Shown here piece by piece: positions 14,201-27,700 of a DNA stretch of 64,000 nt. The stretch is from Balanoglossus misakiensis (taxonomy: Eukaryota > Animalia > Hemichordata), in the NCBI GenBank assembly GCA_040954595.2, contig CM082582.2, forward strand, positions 6,636,063 through 6,700,062, written 5' to 3'. Below the pieces are notes generated by a model. It made no database searches, was not told the DNA's origin, and worked only from the letters and a program-made list of their open reading frames with translations. The position numbers and the translations under genes are program-made. Each line of letters begins with the position of its first letter. Positions within the stretch are counted from its first letter, which is position 1.

Positions 14201-17200
14201 TACTGTGTCCATGCCCAGAACACAGTTTGGTTACCACAAGAGCCGGTAAATATTCAATTTTCTTCTCTCCGTGTAATTTTCAGCAAGCGATCTGCGAGGT
14301 CATAAGGTCACACATGGCTCTACTTACGGGACACCCCAAGTCATCTCGCTTCCATATCTTATTAATTTCTTCAGGATATTTTTACTCGATGATACTCTCA
14401 GCAGGAACCGAATACCAAGTGTGTCAAGTCTGAAAGCAAACAACACGTCTACTCTGGTCGAATTTGCACTGGATTGGATCTACAGCCCAGTACAACTCTA
14501 ATCACAACAAATTTCACATGCATTCATATTTTGAAAATAAATGAATATTTATGCAATAATTTTCAAATCTCTACTACTGTCATGAATTCACAAACATCTT
14601 GATTTTCATCAGTATTCTTAACTAGACCTAAGGTTGTCTAGTCAGGAGATGTAATTTGGAAGTTGAACAGTTCAATATGCTCATTTCTGCGAAACTCGTT
14701 TGCAACACCATCGCCAAGTGTTTCTTCAACACTATTGAATAACACAAAACCAGCGCATTCCAGGAGTAAGCTTACATGTCAATATTCAGCTTCTCATTAA
14801 ATCATATCAAAGTCTGACTATAACAACAAATATGCATTAAAACACACGCAGAGCCAGTTATGAATCTATTCTCTTTTGTCTGCTCCATTCAAAAGTGTAC
14901 TTTCCCTACGACACTATAGCCCGAGGCATTTTCATGTACGCACGCACACTCGACTGGAAATGTAACCAATTCTCGTTTTCACTTTCAAAATAAAACAGTG
15001 GGGCAATATTTTAATAGTAAATTATTTTGGATCACTGTATAGTCTATATTTTTCAGAGGGAAAACCAACTGTAGGAGAGTAGTGGCGTTTGTTTGTACCT
15101 TTAATACAAGGACTCGCACAATGACCTTTGACCTCAGGTACACTCTCTCCTGTTGACAGTAAATCGAGGAGGGCTACACTTGACGAGATGGTGGTCACTC
15201 GTGTTTACTTCCCCGCTTCTTTGAAAACACAACTGGCATTGGCGTGTCAAACCCCTTACAGCTGAACCCAGTGAAAGGACGTGACTGTCATCGCCCTGAA
15301 ACTTGTTTATCCCGAACGAAACAATTCTGATGGTAATTAATGTAAATGAGATGAGGGGGGGGGGGAATCTGGCACTCAGACAAAGGTGGGCAAATGACAA
15401 ACAAGGTAACATGGGATCAATAGAGTCTGCATTTTGTCCTTGTTATGGTTATTCAACAATAATTTCCTGCCTTGTGTCTATTTAACTGGTTACACAAAAG
15501 TGACACACAGCCAGACAATGCAGTTTTCAAGGACCTGTTTGTTCATCATAGGTACCTGTGTGACAACGTGTTTTTTAATTTATGTGGACAATACCACCCC
15601 TAGGTACATGTTACCATGTTTCTGTCCTTCAAAAAAATAATAAGCGGCACTGTTCACGCATTTATGACCTACTGAATACACATGTAAATTTTTAGAGTCA
15701 CTTGATGTGTTTTGGGCTAATAACATCCATTGAAGTCTATGCAGTCAATCAGAAGCCAGCCCAAAGTGTTTCAATGTAAGATAAAATTCTGTGTAATGAT
15801 CGCATTTGCTCTCGTGTGGTGCGTCATTACTTTTCCGCGCTTGCAGTTGCTGATTTTGAATGACAAGACTGTGTGGCAAGAAAGATGGGACTCCGCTGGA
15901 ATGCAGATGGGCTGTAATTAGCTTTCCTGAAAACAGATGGCTCTCTGTACCAATACCGCTGGATTCTCCCTGTACAGAATAAATGAGGCCCTGAAATGTA
16001 CGTGTTGTACCAGAAATCTACGCAGTGTAAATCCAATAACTGGGTGCAGACCAATAAGTGATTGATATAGCTCGCGCAGATATAAAAATCATTCGTGGAC
16101 TGTTCTATAAACAGGGAAAACGCTAAATGAAATATACACACCGACGAACCAATGACTGCTATTCTAACGTAATGACTATTGAGAGAAATATTACCATGTG
16201 GCATACCACACCATGCCACACAATACCTTTGATGTCGGTAAAATACACTTAAAATACACTATATATTACCCCTCTGATTCTTTTCCTATATAGGTCTATT
16301 TTTGGAACCTAAGTGGTTTTCACAGACACTCGTTTCTTGTCGCCCATTAAAGGCTTTCCGTCTTCAGACACGGCACGAATTTTCTTTTTTTTTCTCTCCA
16401 TTCTCCCCGAGATGACTGATGTGTATTAGCTGAACAATGAATGGTGCTGTGTAGTGTGGCTTTAATAGGTGATGTAATGGCCCTAAAAAACAAGAAAAGC
16501 TTGCAGTGGTTGCTTTTTTTTTTCACTCCGAAGCAATTTGGAGGGGACAGGTAAACAACTGCAGTCTTTTGAGTTTCACGCTACGACGACTTTGTAATAT
16601 ATATGTTCAATGTGGCTCAACACAGCTGTGTGGAACAACTGGCAATTAGGCTGTGGAGATTGTGCTCTGGCTGGGGTTTGCTGGTGCTTGCTTGTATCAT
16701 TTACGACCTGAACCTGCGCACAAAACGAGTCCCTTTCCAACATCCGCCCCAAAACACCTGACGGACATTTAACTAGAGTAGCGATACGCTCGGCCTTGTT
16801 CTTGTTGCTGCAGACCACATCTGGCCAAACCAGCTGCTTTTTTTTCAGGAAACACTCGTACAGAACGGGCAGGAAATTAGCAGCAAAAGGCAGCCAAGAG
16901 AGTCAGTTGAAATACACTCGCAGGAAGGCATGTCACAGTTCACAGATGTTGAATTGAAATGGACGAGCATCCCACCAGCTGTTTTTCAGAACCCCCTTGC
17001 ACGCACACACTATTGCGAGAAATGTTCTCTGTCGTGTCCCTGTGCTGAAGAAGTGTCGGTGGAACTCCAAAACAACAATTGGCTGACCCCACTGCCCCTT
17101 ACTTTTCATTCATTGCATGTACGATGACCTCACCGATACATGAATAAAAGCTCAGTGCTTTTCTCCCCCAACAGCTGTTGCGTATGCGCTACAAATTACA

Positions 17201-20200
17201 AGGGTATGCCTCTTTCAGCTGGCTCCATCTAGGGTTCAGTCTTTGGCGGCGAAGATTTACTGCTATGATTCGAACGCTCAGAACATATTCCGAAGCCCGA
17301 TCACCACAATTTATTCTATCTACACTGGAATCTGCCACAAGGCATTGGAATTTCTACTAATGGTTTCTCTTTTCCCCCTAAAATGACAGAAAATGACAAG
17401 CTATACATCAAGATAAATAAAGATGGCTTGGCTTCAATGACGTATTGATATTTCCACTTTTATCATTTCTGATTATCAATATCTTAATGGACATAAGATA
17501 ACCATTTATCACAGACATTAACATCAGAGTATGAAATTGCTTATCATTTTCCAGGGTCAAACATGAATGAAATTATGGTAAATTCTGGACTGAATGTACA
17601 TGTATGTATGTACATTTGTACTTCCATCCTAACAATATACATACTAGCACATAGATTATATGTATATGTGATAGATGTTGTCATTATATTTTACCAGATA
17701 ACAGACTAGGATATACGCTGATGAATTGTATTCAGATTACATGTCTGGTTGGGGCTGGATTGGTACACACACATAAGCATAGCCAAAGGAACATTGTCTA
17801 GTCAAGTCAAGCAGCATATGGAGAGATTCAGACAATATGGACTTTTCTTTTTTCTTCTCTCAGTGTAGGCTATTTTAAGCGGGGGTTTTTGGCTTTGCCG
17901 CAGGTGACCACACACGCACGTCGTCCCGTAAAAGAACCCATCAATAACGACACAGATAAAAATAAGGACAACAGGTGACCAGAGGGCAGAGAAGTGAAGC
18001 CACCGTGTTCACTGGGGCTTGCTATTTATACCCTCCACTGCTGAGCGCTCGGCCTCTGTGCACGCTCGACTTGCCGCAACATTTCTCCACTCTTCTGGAA
18101 AGAGCAAAGGAAAGAGCCGAAAGTCAACTACCCTCATCTGTTATAAATGTCAGGTGGAGGGAGGTGGTGTGTGTGTGTGTGAAACGCGGCCAAAACACAA
18201 CCACACACTCTTGCTAAAGAAGCTGTCTCTCTCAGTCATCTCCGCTCAGGTCCTCGTAATTTCAACTCTCTTTCTCTGATTCACCGAAACCCTAACAGTG
18301 AGTGAGGATACGCCCGACTTGATTACATGTACATGATTCATATTTTTTTTTTTTCGTCTGGCTCGGAAACTGCTCTGCTGTCTGCGTGGGTCTGACAACA
18401 TTTTTGTGTGATTAGTTTAATTACTCCCTGTGAGGTACACCAGCAATGAAACGCACGCAAAACACACTGCGTTTAATTCAATTACGATCTCGCCCGCAAT
18501 AAAAACCAGACACTATATGCATTATGGAGCTAAAATGTAGGTGATATTATGTACCTATATAAGCAGGGTAAAAATTTAAGTGGTTGTCGGGCAGGCAATT
18601 ACGGCATTCCGAGCTACCTCTCAAACCTTCTAAATAACAATCTGCCAGCACAAGCATTCCATCAGGACGAAATTCCCCCCAATTACTTACGGAATTCCTA
18701 AGGTGTCACAATACAGAAGAAAAATGACTTGTTTGGAAACGCACCTGCAACCACTTGTGGCCTGTTTCCTCTGATCGACCATATTACTGGCAAGAATTCT
18801 ACCTGATACGGTGTCAGAATACTGTACCCACGTCTGACATATTTCTGCGATTATTTTCCCCTTTCGATGGGGGTTTTGTGTGTCGCAGGGGCGAAGCTAT
18901 TGGCGTCTTGGGGGGACGCAAGAACGCAGCGGGTGAAGCCAAAAACACAATGTGACGCCTGCAAAGTATTTGTTCTTTTCTTTCTTCCACTTCAAAACAT
19001 GTCTTATCTTTCAATATAATTGGAAACAAGTCTCGAGATCTTTTGTAGCGCTGAACAATCGAATGGACGGAAATGCTTCAGTTTTCCGCGAAGGACATTT
19101 TTTTCTGGCAATGAAAGTAACGTATGAAGAAATGCCTTCTGAAACTTTAGATCTTTTCCCAATCACTTCGAAGACATTGCCTTAATTGCACCAGGCCCCT
19201 CTACATGTCACATTGTTGTGGCTAATTCAAGTACATGTATATCATCTGTATTTTTTTTATCTAGGTGACCGCAGAGCCCCCCATTGAATGCTTTCACACA
19301 AAAGCCCCAGAATACATATGCAAAAACCTCCATTGTGGTATACACGCTGCAATCAAACATAAACCAACACTGCTATTTACAGTGTAACTACATGCAGAGT
19401 AAGGACAATCTGCAAAACTGAAAGAGGCACAAGTCTCCAAAGTGAATGCTTAGCTCAAGGCCTCCGATACAAGCTGATGTTTTTCAAGTCTTCCCGATCT
19501 CAGCCTATATGCATATCCTGAACTTTTTGGGTCAATTGTGTATTAATTATATACTTGTAATTACAAAGTTAACATAGTTACTCCCTCTCGAAGGGTTGAA
19601 AAAAATATGTCCATTTTATCTGGACCAGTCCCTGAGACACCTCAGTCTTGGTTCCTTCACTGACCAAAACATTATATTCTCTACTCCTGTCAGTCACACC
19701 CTACATCTACATATCTAGAGCAGTCAAGAAATTTGTGATGCTTTAATTAATTAACTGTAAGGTCTAGTACTCGGCCTCTTCACAGGTTACTGAGGTATTT
19801 AGCTTTCTAGTAGTATCACTATAAATTATATTCATGTTTCCATTTGCTCCAGCTAAACCTACAGTACACCAGGGTTCGATGGCAGTAACTAACAGTGCCA
19901 TATATTATCTTGCTAATGACTGCAGTTCAAGACCTTTTATACCACAACATACTCCACGGGTGTTTTACGATCTGTACCACAGCTATCAATTCTTTTTTGG
20001 GGGTGGGGTCTCTACATGTACATCATATTAACAGACTGTGTGTTAAACTTTCAAGTGTATTTTATGTCCAAAAAAAGTTAAACATTGTCTCTGAGTACAT
20101 GTAAGTAACCGGACCAATTATTTGCTTGTCATCTTTCTGCAATTTTTCAACGTACTCCATTAGATCATCATAATGTTGATGATCTAATAGATTGTATTGA

Positions 20201-20334
20201 TTCCCTCGGGACACATTTCGCGAGCTATTCAATAATTCATTAAAATCATTAGCAGGAGTTAAATATATTTCAAAATAATTTGAAATGTATTTACTCTTGC
20301 AAGTTGCATTATTAGAAATATATGTTTCTTACAT

Positions 20335-22107
20335 TTATCTGATGGATGGTGGTGCTTCATCCATGAGGAATTCGTAAGGCACCTGGAGAACACAGCAAGC
20401 AGATGCCAAGGTTGAGGCGGGCGGCGGGGCAATGCTACTCCACAGACCCAGCACCCGATTGTAAATGCAGGCATCGGTGGTGATGGCCGAGTTGGTGTAT
20501 TGCCTCTCGCTCTTCCATCCACCAAAGACGTAGACGTTCCGGTCCAGCGTGCAGTACGTGAAGCAGGTCCTCTCCGGCAGGGTCAGTGCATTGTGTCTCT
20601 CTTGGCTCCAGTAGTTCCTCTCCGTGTTAAAGCACAGCTCTTTGGTTGCAAAGTCGGTGACGAAGATCTTCCGGCCCTGGGCCTCCACGACCGGGAACTC
20701 CCAGGGCTGGTCGTCCACTGGGAACGGCACCAGCGTTGTCCAGGTGTCAGTCTCGGTGTCGTACCTTTCAACGGTGGTCACAGGTGACCTCGTGCTGTCC
20801 CTGCCCCCGACCGCGTAAATGTACCTGTCGTCGACGGTGGCAAGGTGCATGGCGTACCTGGGGTTGGACATCTGGGCCACGAATGTCCACTTGTCGAGTT
20901 CAGGGTCGTACTTTTCCACCGTCCTCAGCACGTTATCCCACCGGATGCCGCCCGCCGCATACAGGCAGCCATTGCACGAAATCAACGCCAGGTACTCTCT
21001 GGGCGTCTGCATGAAAGCGACATTGCTCCACGAGTTGGTGATCGGGTCGTACCGGTGCACCTTGTTGGACACCAGCCCGTTGCTCGACCCGCCGGCCACG
21101 TACATGCTTCCGTGCAACACCGCGGATGCGTGGAATCGCAGCTCGTTTGGCAGTCCTGGTAGGGCAGTCCATCGGTTTTCCTCCACGATGTAGCCGAACG
21201 TCTCGGCCACCGGTCCGTTGGTGGACACTCCACCGGTGATGACCACGACGTCGGTCAGCCGCCCCTTGCGGGGCTTCAGCACGGGGCTGTCGCTGCAGTA
21301 GCTGCGCCTCGTCGTGTCCGTCTGGTGCTTGGCGTCCGCTAAAAGTTCGACGCATTTAGGGTTCTCCTTGATGAGATCCTCGTTGTCAACAAAGTTGATC
21401 AAGTAACGGCGGTTTAACTGTGGCAGTCGAACGTGAGAGAGGAGTTCCGGGAAATACTCTTTTCGCTCTTCAAGGTCAAATTTTGTCCACTGAAGTACAA
21501 GTTCGTAAATACTTTCCTCTTTCTCCACTCGGAGTTTTTCGTCGGTGATGAGATCAATCAGCTGGTCAACATGTAAAGCCAGCAGATCGTCTGTACCCTG
21601 CGTTATGACATGCATAAACTGATTGCGTACGAACTCATGCGCTCGGTGATAAAGTTCATTGAAACGATACAAGTCCGCCAACTGTTTGACAACAAGGCAG
21701 TTGGACGCGTCCATCTTTTTCGAAAGAAATTCACAGCAATACTCACGTAACGCGGGAATGAGAAAGTGGTCGGCCCCTCGGAGTATGGGCTCCACATTGT
21801 CCGAATTAATCGACACAGACCCGGTGTAGATGTAGTTCAAGATTTGCTCCATGGCATCGGCGGTGGTACACTCGATCGTGGCCATGTTCCGCCTGCCTTC
21901 CTCCATACCGCTGTAGCACATCGTGTCGAAGTACGGGCTGCAGGCCGCCAGCACGTTGCGGTGCGCCTTGAACACCCGGTGCTCCACGTGCAGAACCATG
22001 TCGCAGTACTTCTCGTCGAGCCTCTGCTGCTGGAGCTTTTCAAGTATTCGACTCCCTTGGTCATTTTCGCTGAAGTTCATGCAGGCGCCGTCCACTGACA
22101 GCGCCAT
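20335..22107 (-). CDS. Kelch-like (KLHL family) BTB-BACK-Kelch protein, 590 aa, single coding exon; probable Cullin-3 substrate adaptor
   Basis: BTB signature YCDMVLHVEHRVFKAHRNVLAACSPYF. BACK region NCL..KQLADLY and LRVEKEESIYELVLQW..LLSHVRLP. Six Kelch blades (VITGG, MYVAGG, LYAAGG, IYAVGG, degenerate IFVTDF, VYVFGG) with Y-D-P..W motifs. The orthologue cannot be identified by eye. Confidence 0.95.
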   Translation of the reverse strand: MALSVDGACMNFSENDQGSRILEKLQQQRLDEKYCDMVLHVEHRVFKAHRNVLAACSPYFDTMCYSGMEEGRRNMATIECTTADAMEQILNYIYTGSVSINSDNVEPILRGADHFLIPALREYCCEFLSKKMDASNCLVVKQLADLYRFNELYHRAHEFVRNQFMHVITQGTDDLLALHVDQLIDLITDEKLRVEKEESIYELVLQWTKFDLEERKEYFPELLSHVRLPQLNRRYLINFVDNEDLIKENPKCVELLADAKHQTDTTRRSYCSDSPVLKPRKGRLTDVVVITGGVSTNGPVAETFGYIVEENRWTALPGLPNELRFHASAVLHGSMYVAGGSSNGLVSNKVHRYDPITNSWSNVAFMQTPREYLALISCNGCLYAAGGIRWDNVLRTVEKYDPELDKWTFVAQMSNPRYAMHLATVDDRYIYAVGGRDSTRSPVTTVERYDTETDTWTTLVPFPVDDQPWEFPVVEAQGRKIFVTDFATKELCFNTERNYWSQERHNALTLPERTCFTYCTLDRNVYVFGGWKSERQYTNSAITTDACIYNRVLGLWSSIAPPPASTLASACCVLQVPYEFLMDEAPPSIR

Positions 22108-23872
22108 GTTTGATATGTCACAACGAGGCTGGCGAACGCTCTATTTATATGCACAGGAAGTTTTCTATGCAAATTACAACAACACTACATGTTCTCGAAA
22201 AAAACAACTACGCCAATCTATACGGTGATATTTTCGCATTTCAGAGATTTCTGAACTGTTCCGAATAAAATATAAACCAACCACTGAATTTACACCACGT
22301 CAATATTATACTTTGCAAGATTTCAAGAAATATAAACATTGCACCGGGGGCGTCACTCTCTGTATACATAATCCATCTAATTTCGTTATTCATTTACAAA
22401 AAGTTCGTATACGCTACGTTATATTCATGTATAGTGTAATATTTCTGTGTGATGTAAAAGTTAAAATATCATTTTGATGCATCATGTTTACTAAAATTGG
22501 ACTTTTTTGATAACCATTTAAGTCTAGTAGTAGTACAAAGCTTAGGGCAAAAGAGGTCATATGCAAATTCTATTCAACGCGGGAAATTACAGTCGAGATA
22601 AGTGCACTTATCTTAGCTGCAGCGCAGTGTGAAGGTATTTAAACGTGCAAACCGTTGGGTAAGTTATCGACTGAACATTGAAAAGCGAGTTAATCGATGT
22701 TGGAGATTAATCAAACCATGACAAAGGGTATGGAAACTTGTGAGCGTCATTTCTTTCCAGACATCCCTTGCATGTGACTGTGTGTACATCTCTCATGATC
22801 ATCAGTCTCCGCGCGCATAGCTACAGGTTGATTACTAGCGATCGATTGTGTTTATGTCATCATGTCTGTGTTGGGTTGAGACGGGGATTTTTCTGTTACT
22901 GTAATAACGTCAGTTTGTCTTCAAAGCCAAGAAATGAACGCCGTTTCAATGTTCCTGTGAGCGCGTTGCAGACTCTAAATAAGCACTTCCCGTTTTGATT
23001 TGATTTCACGCAACTTCCGGCTATGAAAGGGGGGGGGGGGGGGGTCAATTTGCACAAAGTGGACATGCAGTTGAGTACATTTATAAGTTAACTAACTATC
23101 ATGGCTGTCAGTGTTATTTTTAAAAGAAATTATTTTGTTTCTTAATATATAAAACATTAAAAGGCTACACTGCACATTATACATCACCTGTTAAAACATT
23201 AATCACCTGTGAACTTTAACACCTATTGTCTTTAAAACATAAAGAAAGAGACACGCCCATCTGACCTTTTAGTGGACAAGGTTATGTGCCAGGTGTATAA
23301 TCTGAGATTAATCAGGATCACACTTACAAAACAATTATGCTAATCATCACAATTGAATCTGTTAAATTGAAAACTTAAAAAAAGAAAATGGCAGTAATAT
23401 GCCTTGTTGCCGTTGAGCAGATCATGTATTGCCTTTTTTCAAGAAAGTATAATAACAAAGTGATTGACTGATATTTCAGCCCCCTTTTCCAAAAAAGATG
23501 ATGATGACACTCTTCCAGTACTGGATGTGTAGTTAAGCCACTAGAGGGCGCTCTCAAACAAGATACATCCACTATCATGCACTCCAATATGCGATAGTCA
23601 TTATTTGCTGTGACATTTTTGGAAACAAGGGTATCCATGCTTGTTTCACAAAATTGCAAGATATCATGCCATTTCATATAAATTATAAATTGCACCTCTG
23701 GGGGCTTTCTGAGGGAATCAGCAATGTGCTCAGTTTCAAAAAAGATTTCGATTAGCGATCGTGAATTATTAACACTAAATCAGTAACTGCAACCTGTAAT
23801 ACAATGTATGTCAAATACAGGTCAAAGGTCCCCTGTTGTACCTTACCGTTTAGCGCCAACAGTTCAGCCAAC
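22108..23872. promoter_or_regulatory. Divergent promoter region between the Kelch gene and the FHA-GTPase gene
   Basis: Head-to-head starts. Octamers ATGCAAAT at 22167 and 22561, E2F-like GCGGGAAA at 22579, candidate non-coding-exon donor GTAAGT at ~22659, CTCF-like CCACTAGAGGGCGC at 23538. Confidence 0.5.
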
Positions 23873-24705
23873 ATGCCGTTGAACAACAGTGGTCAGCCAC
23901 GGTACCATCTGCGACGGATTGGGCTTTCAACAACCTTGCCAGATCATGTCAAGGATGTTATGGAGTGAGTATTGAACTATCTCTGCGTTGCATAATTGAT
24001 TTCTATTTCTAAACACCTTGTCCATTTCTTCAATCAGAATGCATTTGTGTACAGTCTGTCCAAGTATATGCTGAAGGTATACACTTAGCGTTCTCTCCAT
24101 TCTGATTTGCATAAAGATTGATAGAAGTAATTGTTATATTAGTGAAGTCCTATTTATTTGCCAAAAAATTAAACTTAAAGAGCGGTTTGCAATCATGCTG
24201 TAATTGCTCTGGGCTGGAATTTCCTGGAAACCAACTCTACTTTCACTTTTCAGATTGAAAGCCCGGACGACAGTGTTCGGCAGAAACAAAAATCAAGCAA
24301 ACTACTACATCAGCTCGCTCGTACAAGAGAATCGCAGATACATTTCAAGGGCCCATTCGCGAGTGATATATTCGCTCTCCAACGAACACAAACTGGTTGA
24401 CTCCAGTATGAATGGCATGTTTGTCAACGACGTTAAAATTGCAGGTGAGTCCCACATCAAAAGTGTCCACTAGAATTTCAGGGAGGGTGGGATGGTGTCT
24501 GATTCATACTGTACATGTTAAAGATCCAGACCTGGTTCTTTGGTGATGCATTTCAAAAACAGAAGGTTTTATGTCTGCAACGTTCCCGTTACTAGGTCAA
24601 GTTATTTTAGAAGAAGGTGACACCGTGACGTTTGGACATCCTAATGGTGTGAACTTGCCTGTCGGTACAAGAGTTCGACAACCCGAATCAGAGTATCACT
24701 TTGTG
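23873..24705 (+). other. FHA domain (TCF19-like) encoded by coding exons 1-3
   Basis: Spliced translation RYHLRRIG...TTVFGRN...YISRAHSRV...LVDSSMNGMFVNDVKIAGQVILEEGDTVTFG..SEYHFVF. It has the FHA G-R, S-R-x-H and D-x-S-x-N-G motifs. The N-terminal LRRIG and C-terminal SEYHFVF resemble TCF19. Confidence 0.88.
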
Positions 24706-27700
24706 GTAAGTTTTTTATGACAGAAAAGATGCCCCCCCCCCACATGTAGATGAAACACTGGCTAATGTATTATGCTTTAAACCACCAGTTCCATATAAAT
24801 AAACTTTTGTTTTTGTATACTAATCCAATTAAATTATTTGATTTTTTTTTTTCAGTTTGAACTCTGTGATTGTGATGATGGTGGTAACCAACGAGCTAGA
24901 AACACACCACAGCAGGTAATTCTTCACTTTCAACCTTGTCTGCGTCTTGCTTCATAGCCGACTGCTCCAGCAATAACAGTGGATTTTTGCCTATACAGCG
25001 AAGTAGAAAAAAGCTTCAAGCCAGCACCGATAACAATGGCCCCATTACACTTACATGTAGTCTCCTCCCCACTACCTCATGATTCGCCCTCCCACCTTTT
25101 GAAATATTCCTGCCACCCTTTGTTGACAACCATGTGTGAAAACAATAATTTTTCATCAGAAAATATTCATTTTCATGTCAGATTATTAGCGTGTCTCCAT
25201 TGAAGAAATCAGACTGTGATGACGATGGTCAAGAGTTCAAGGCACCAGCCGTAATACCAGTCATAATGATAACCACGGCAACCAGTCCTGCGAAAGCAAG
25301 AAGCAATCTTGTTTCTGCTGCTCCTCAAAATATAAGACCAGGTGAATATCTCTAATTGCTCAGGGGAGAAGTGCATTGTACTTGAAACTGAAACTGCTTG
25401 AAAATTGAGTCCCAACGATTACTTCTGTTGTCCTTTAAGTGTTGAAATTGGTGACGTCTCTGAGGTTCTAAAAAAGTGTTTCTTGCTGTTGTGTCTACAG
25501 AACCATGTGCAATTCTGACATGTGACAGAAACAGTACTGCAGTTGAGCCAGACACTACACAGTCGAGAGAAGGAAACATGCAGCCTGTAGAATCCGGGAA
25601 CTCAGTGGCAGTACTGAGTGTTCAGCAAACAGTTTCCAAGGAAACAGACGACTATTGTCCGGGATGCAGAAAGAGCGGCGATCAGGCTGTTTGGCCCCTC
25701 CACGGAAAAAACGACCCTTCAGAGAAAAGTATGGAAAATCTTGCAAAACCCAAAGAAGCCATGATTCACAGCACTGCTCGTCCAGACAAGGACACTCAAA
25801 TAGCTGAGTTCAAAGATGGGGATGGAAGTGTTTCTTCAAGAGGATCCAAAGAGATTTCCTGTCAGGCTCAAAATGCAAGATCTGAAACAAACGACAGCCT
25901 GCGTCCAGGACCATGCAGTGCAGAAAAGCAACTGCAAGTTTCCAAAGCGACAAGTCAAGTCAAAGGAGACATTGAAACAACTCAAAACACACCGGCTAAG
26001 AGGAAAACAACTCACAGCATGCACGCCAAAAATGTACATAGTCTGCCTGAAGTACGGGCAACAGACAATCCAAAGGAAACTGCATTGATAGCACCTGATC
26101 TAGTAACTGGGATGACAGCTGGGGAGATAATGTGTTCATCTCCGAAGCCGAGTGGTGATTCGTCAGACTTGATGCCAAACGCTGGTGATAAAGATTATGA
26201 ATCTGATAAAGAAAATGGTTGTACAGTGAGAGATAGAGACTCTCATGCTATAGGTGAAGAATTATCAATAGCTAAGAAATCTGACTGTGCAATGGATGAT
26301 GTTGACAGCGTTGTCCACCATGATATCGTAGAGGAAATCCCGGTGATGGAGAAAGAGGGAATAGGAGAGTGTGCTGATAGAAAGTCAGTGACAGAGTGTC
26401 AACTCGATGCACCAAAAGCCTGTTCCAAAGACGAAGGAAATTCCACAGAATCAGTTGATGCCAACAGCCAGGGCGGTGACAGCAGTCCTGGAGAACTATT
26501 CAAGGACTGTGCCGGTGATGATGGGGTCTCGGATGACCACAACAGCAGTGTTTCCCTGGAAGTGCCTCCGCAGAAATACAAACACACTGAGAGGACGGAG
26601 AGTGACCCCATAGACGACAGTGGTGATGACTCTTACGTGACATCGTCCAGTGTTGATAAAAGCGAAGAACAGCGGGAAGGAAACGGCGAGAGAATGGAAG
26701 TTGATCAGGAAGTCGAGAGCGACGCAGAGTCCTTTGTCACGTCCTCCAGTTTTAACGACGAGAAGGAACCGAGATGGATGGCGTCCGATTCCTTGGAGTT
26801 CGGCGTCGCGGATGGGGAAGATCGCGGCAAGGATTACAGTAATGACTTGGACGTGATCAGCGAGGGGGAGGAAGGCGGGGATTGCTCGACGGACAGTGAA
26901 GGTCAAGTCGCCCCTTCAGACGGAAGTGATGAGGAGGAAGATGCCAAGATCGGGATGGAAAAGGATGGTTGCCTCAAACAGCTGAGTGTGAAAGATGAGA
27001 TGGTTGGAATTGGTCGTAGAGAAGAGGATGCAATGGAAAGTGTTCCACAAAGCGACGCAGGTTCCCATGCAGGTAAACTTGCGAAGGACGATGAGAGATG
27101 CTCCTTGCAGAGTACAGCTGAAGCAGAGGCAGGAGAAGACTCTTCTGTTGATAGGAGAAAAGTTGACACTAAGCCAATGCGAGAAGGCGAGAATAATCCT
27201 AACAGAGCCTGCTTCAAGGTAATAGAAGCTGAAAACTTGGGGAGAATTCCAGAGGTTGCTGCCAAGCAAGGGGTCTGTATGAAGTCTGACGATAAAGAGG
27301 GCAGCAAACAATCGAGCAGAAGTTCTACACCTCTGTTGGACATGCCGGCGTCTCAAGACAGCATCAACCATCATGAGGTGTCCAGCATAGCGTCTGAGCA
27401 AGATCTGATGTCCGAGGAAGACCTGGCACTTAAGATAGAAACCCAGAGTGACCACGAAGAGAGTCCAGCAGGAGAGGGTCGTCGTCATCCCCTGGAGGTC
27501 ACTGCTGCGGATTGTGGGAGCTCGTCCAAGGCGATTTTGTTGTTCGGCTCAAGTAGCGTGTCCGGGGAAAGCGGGGACACGTCAGATGACGAGTTCTTGA
27601 AGGACTACCTAGCCACAGAACTGTCTGCCAAAGTACACACCGCCGAGACTAAAGTTTGCAAAACGGAATCCATGAACCCAGAGAAAGTGGATGGCGATGC

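Noticed and set aside
1-20000. Numerous 60-140 aa ORFs
   Set aside because: No domain motifs and no phase-consistent exon chains; consistent with chance ORFs.
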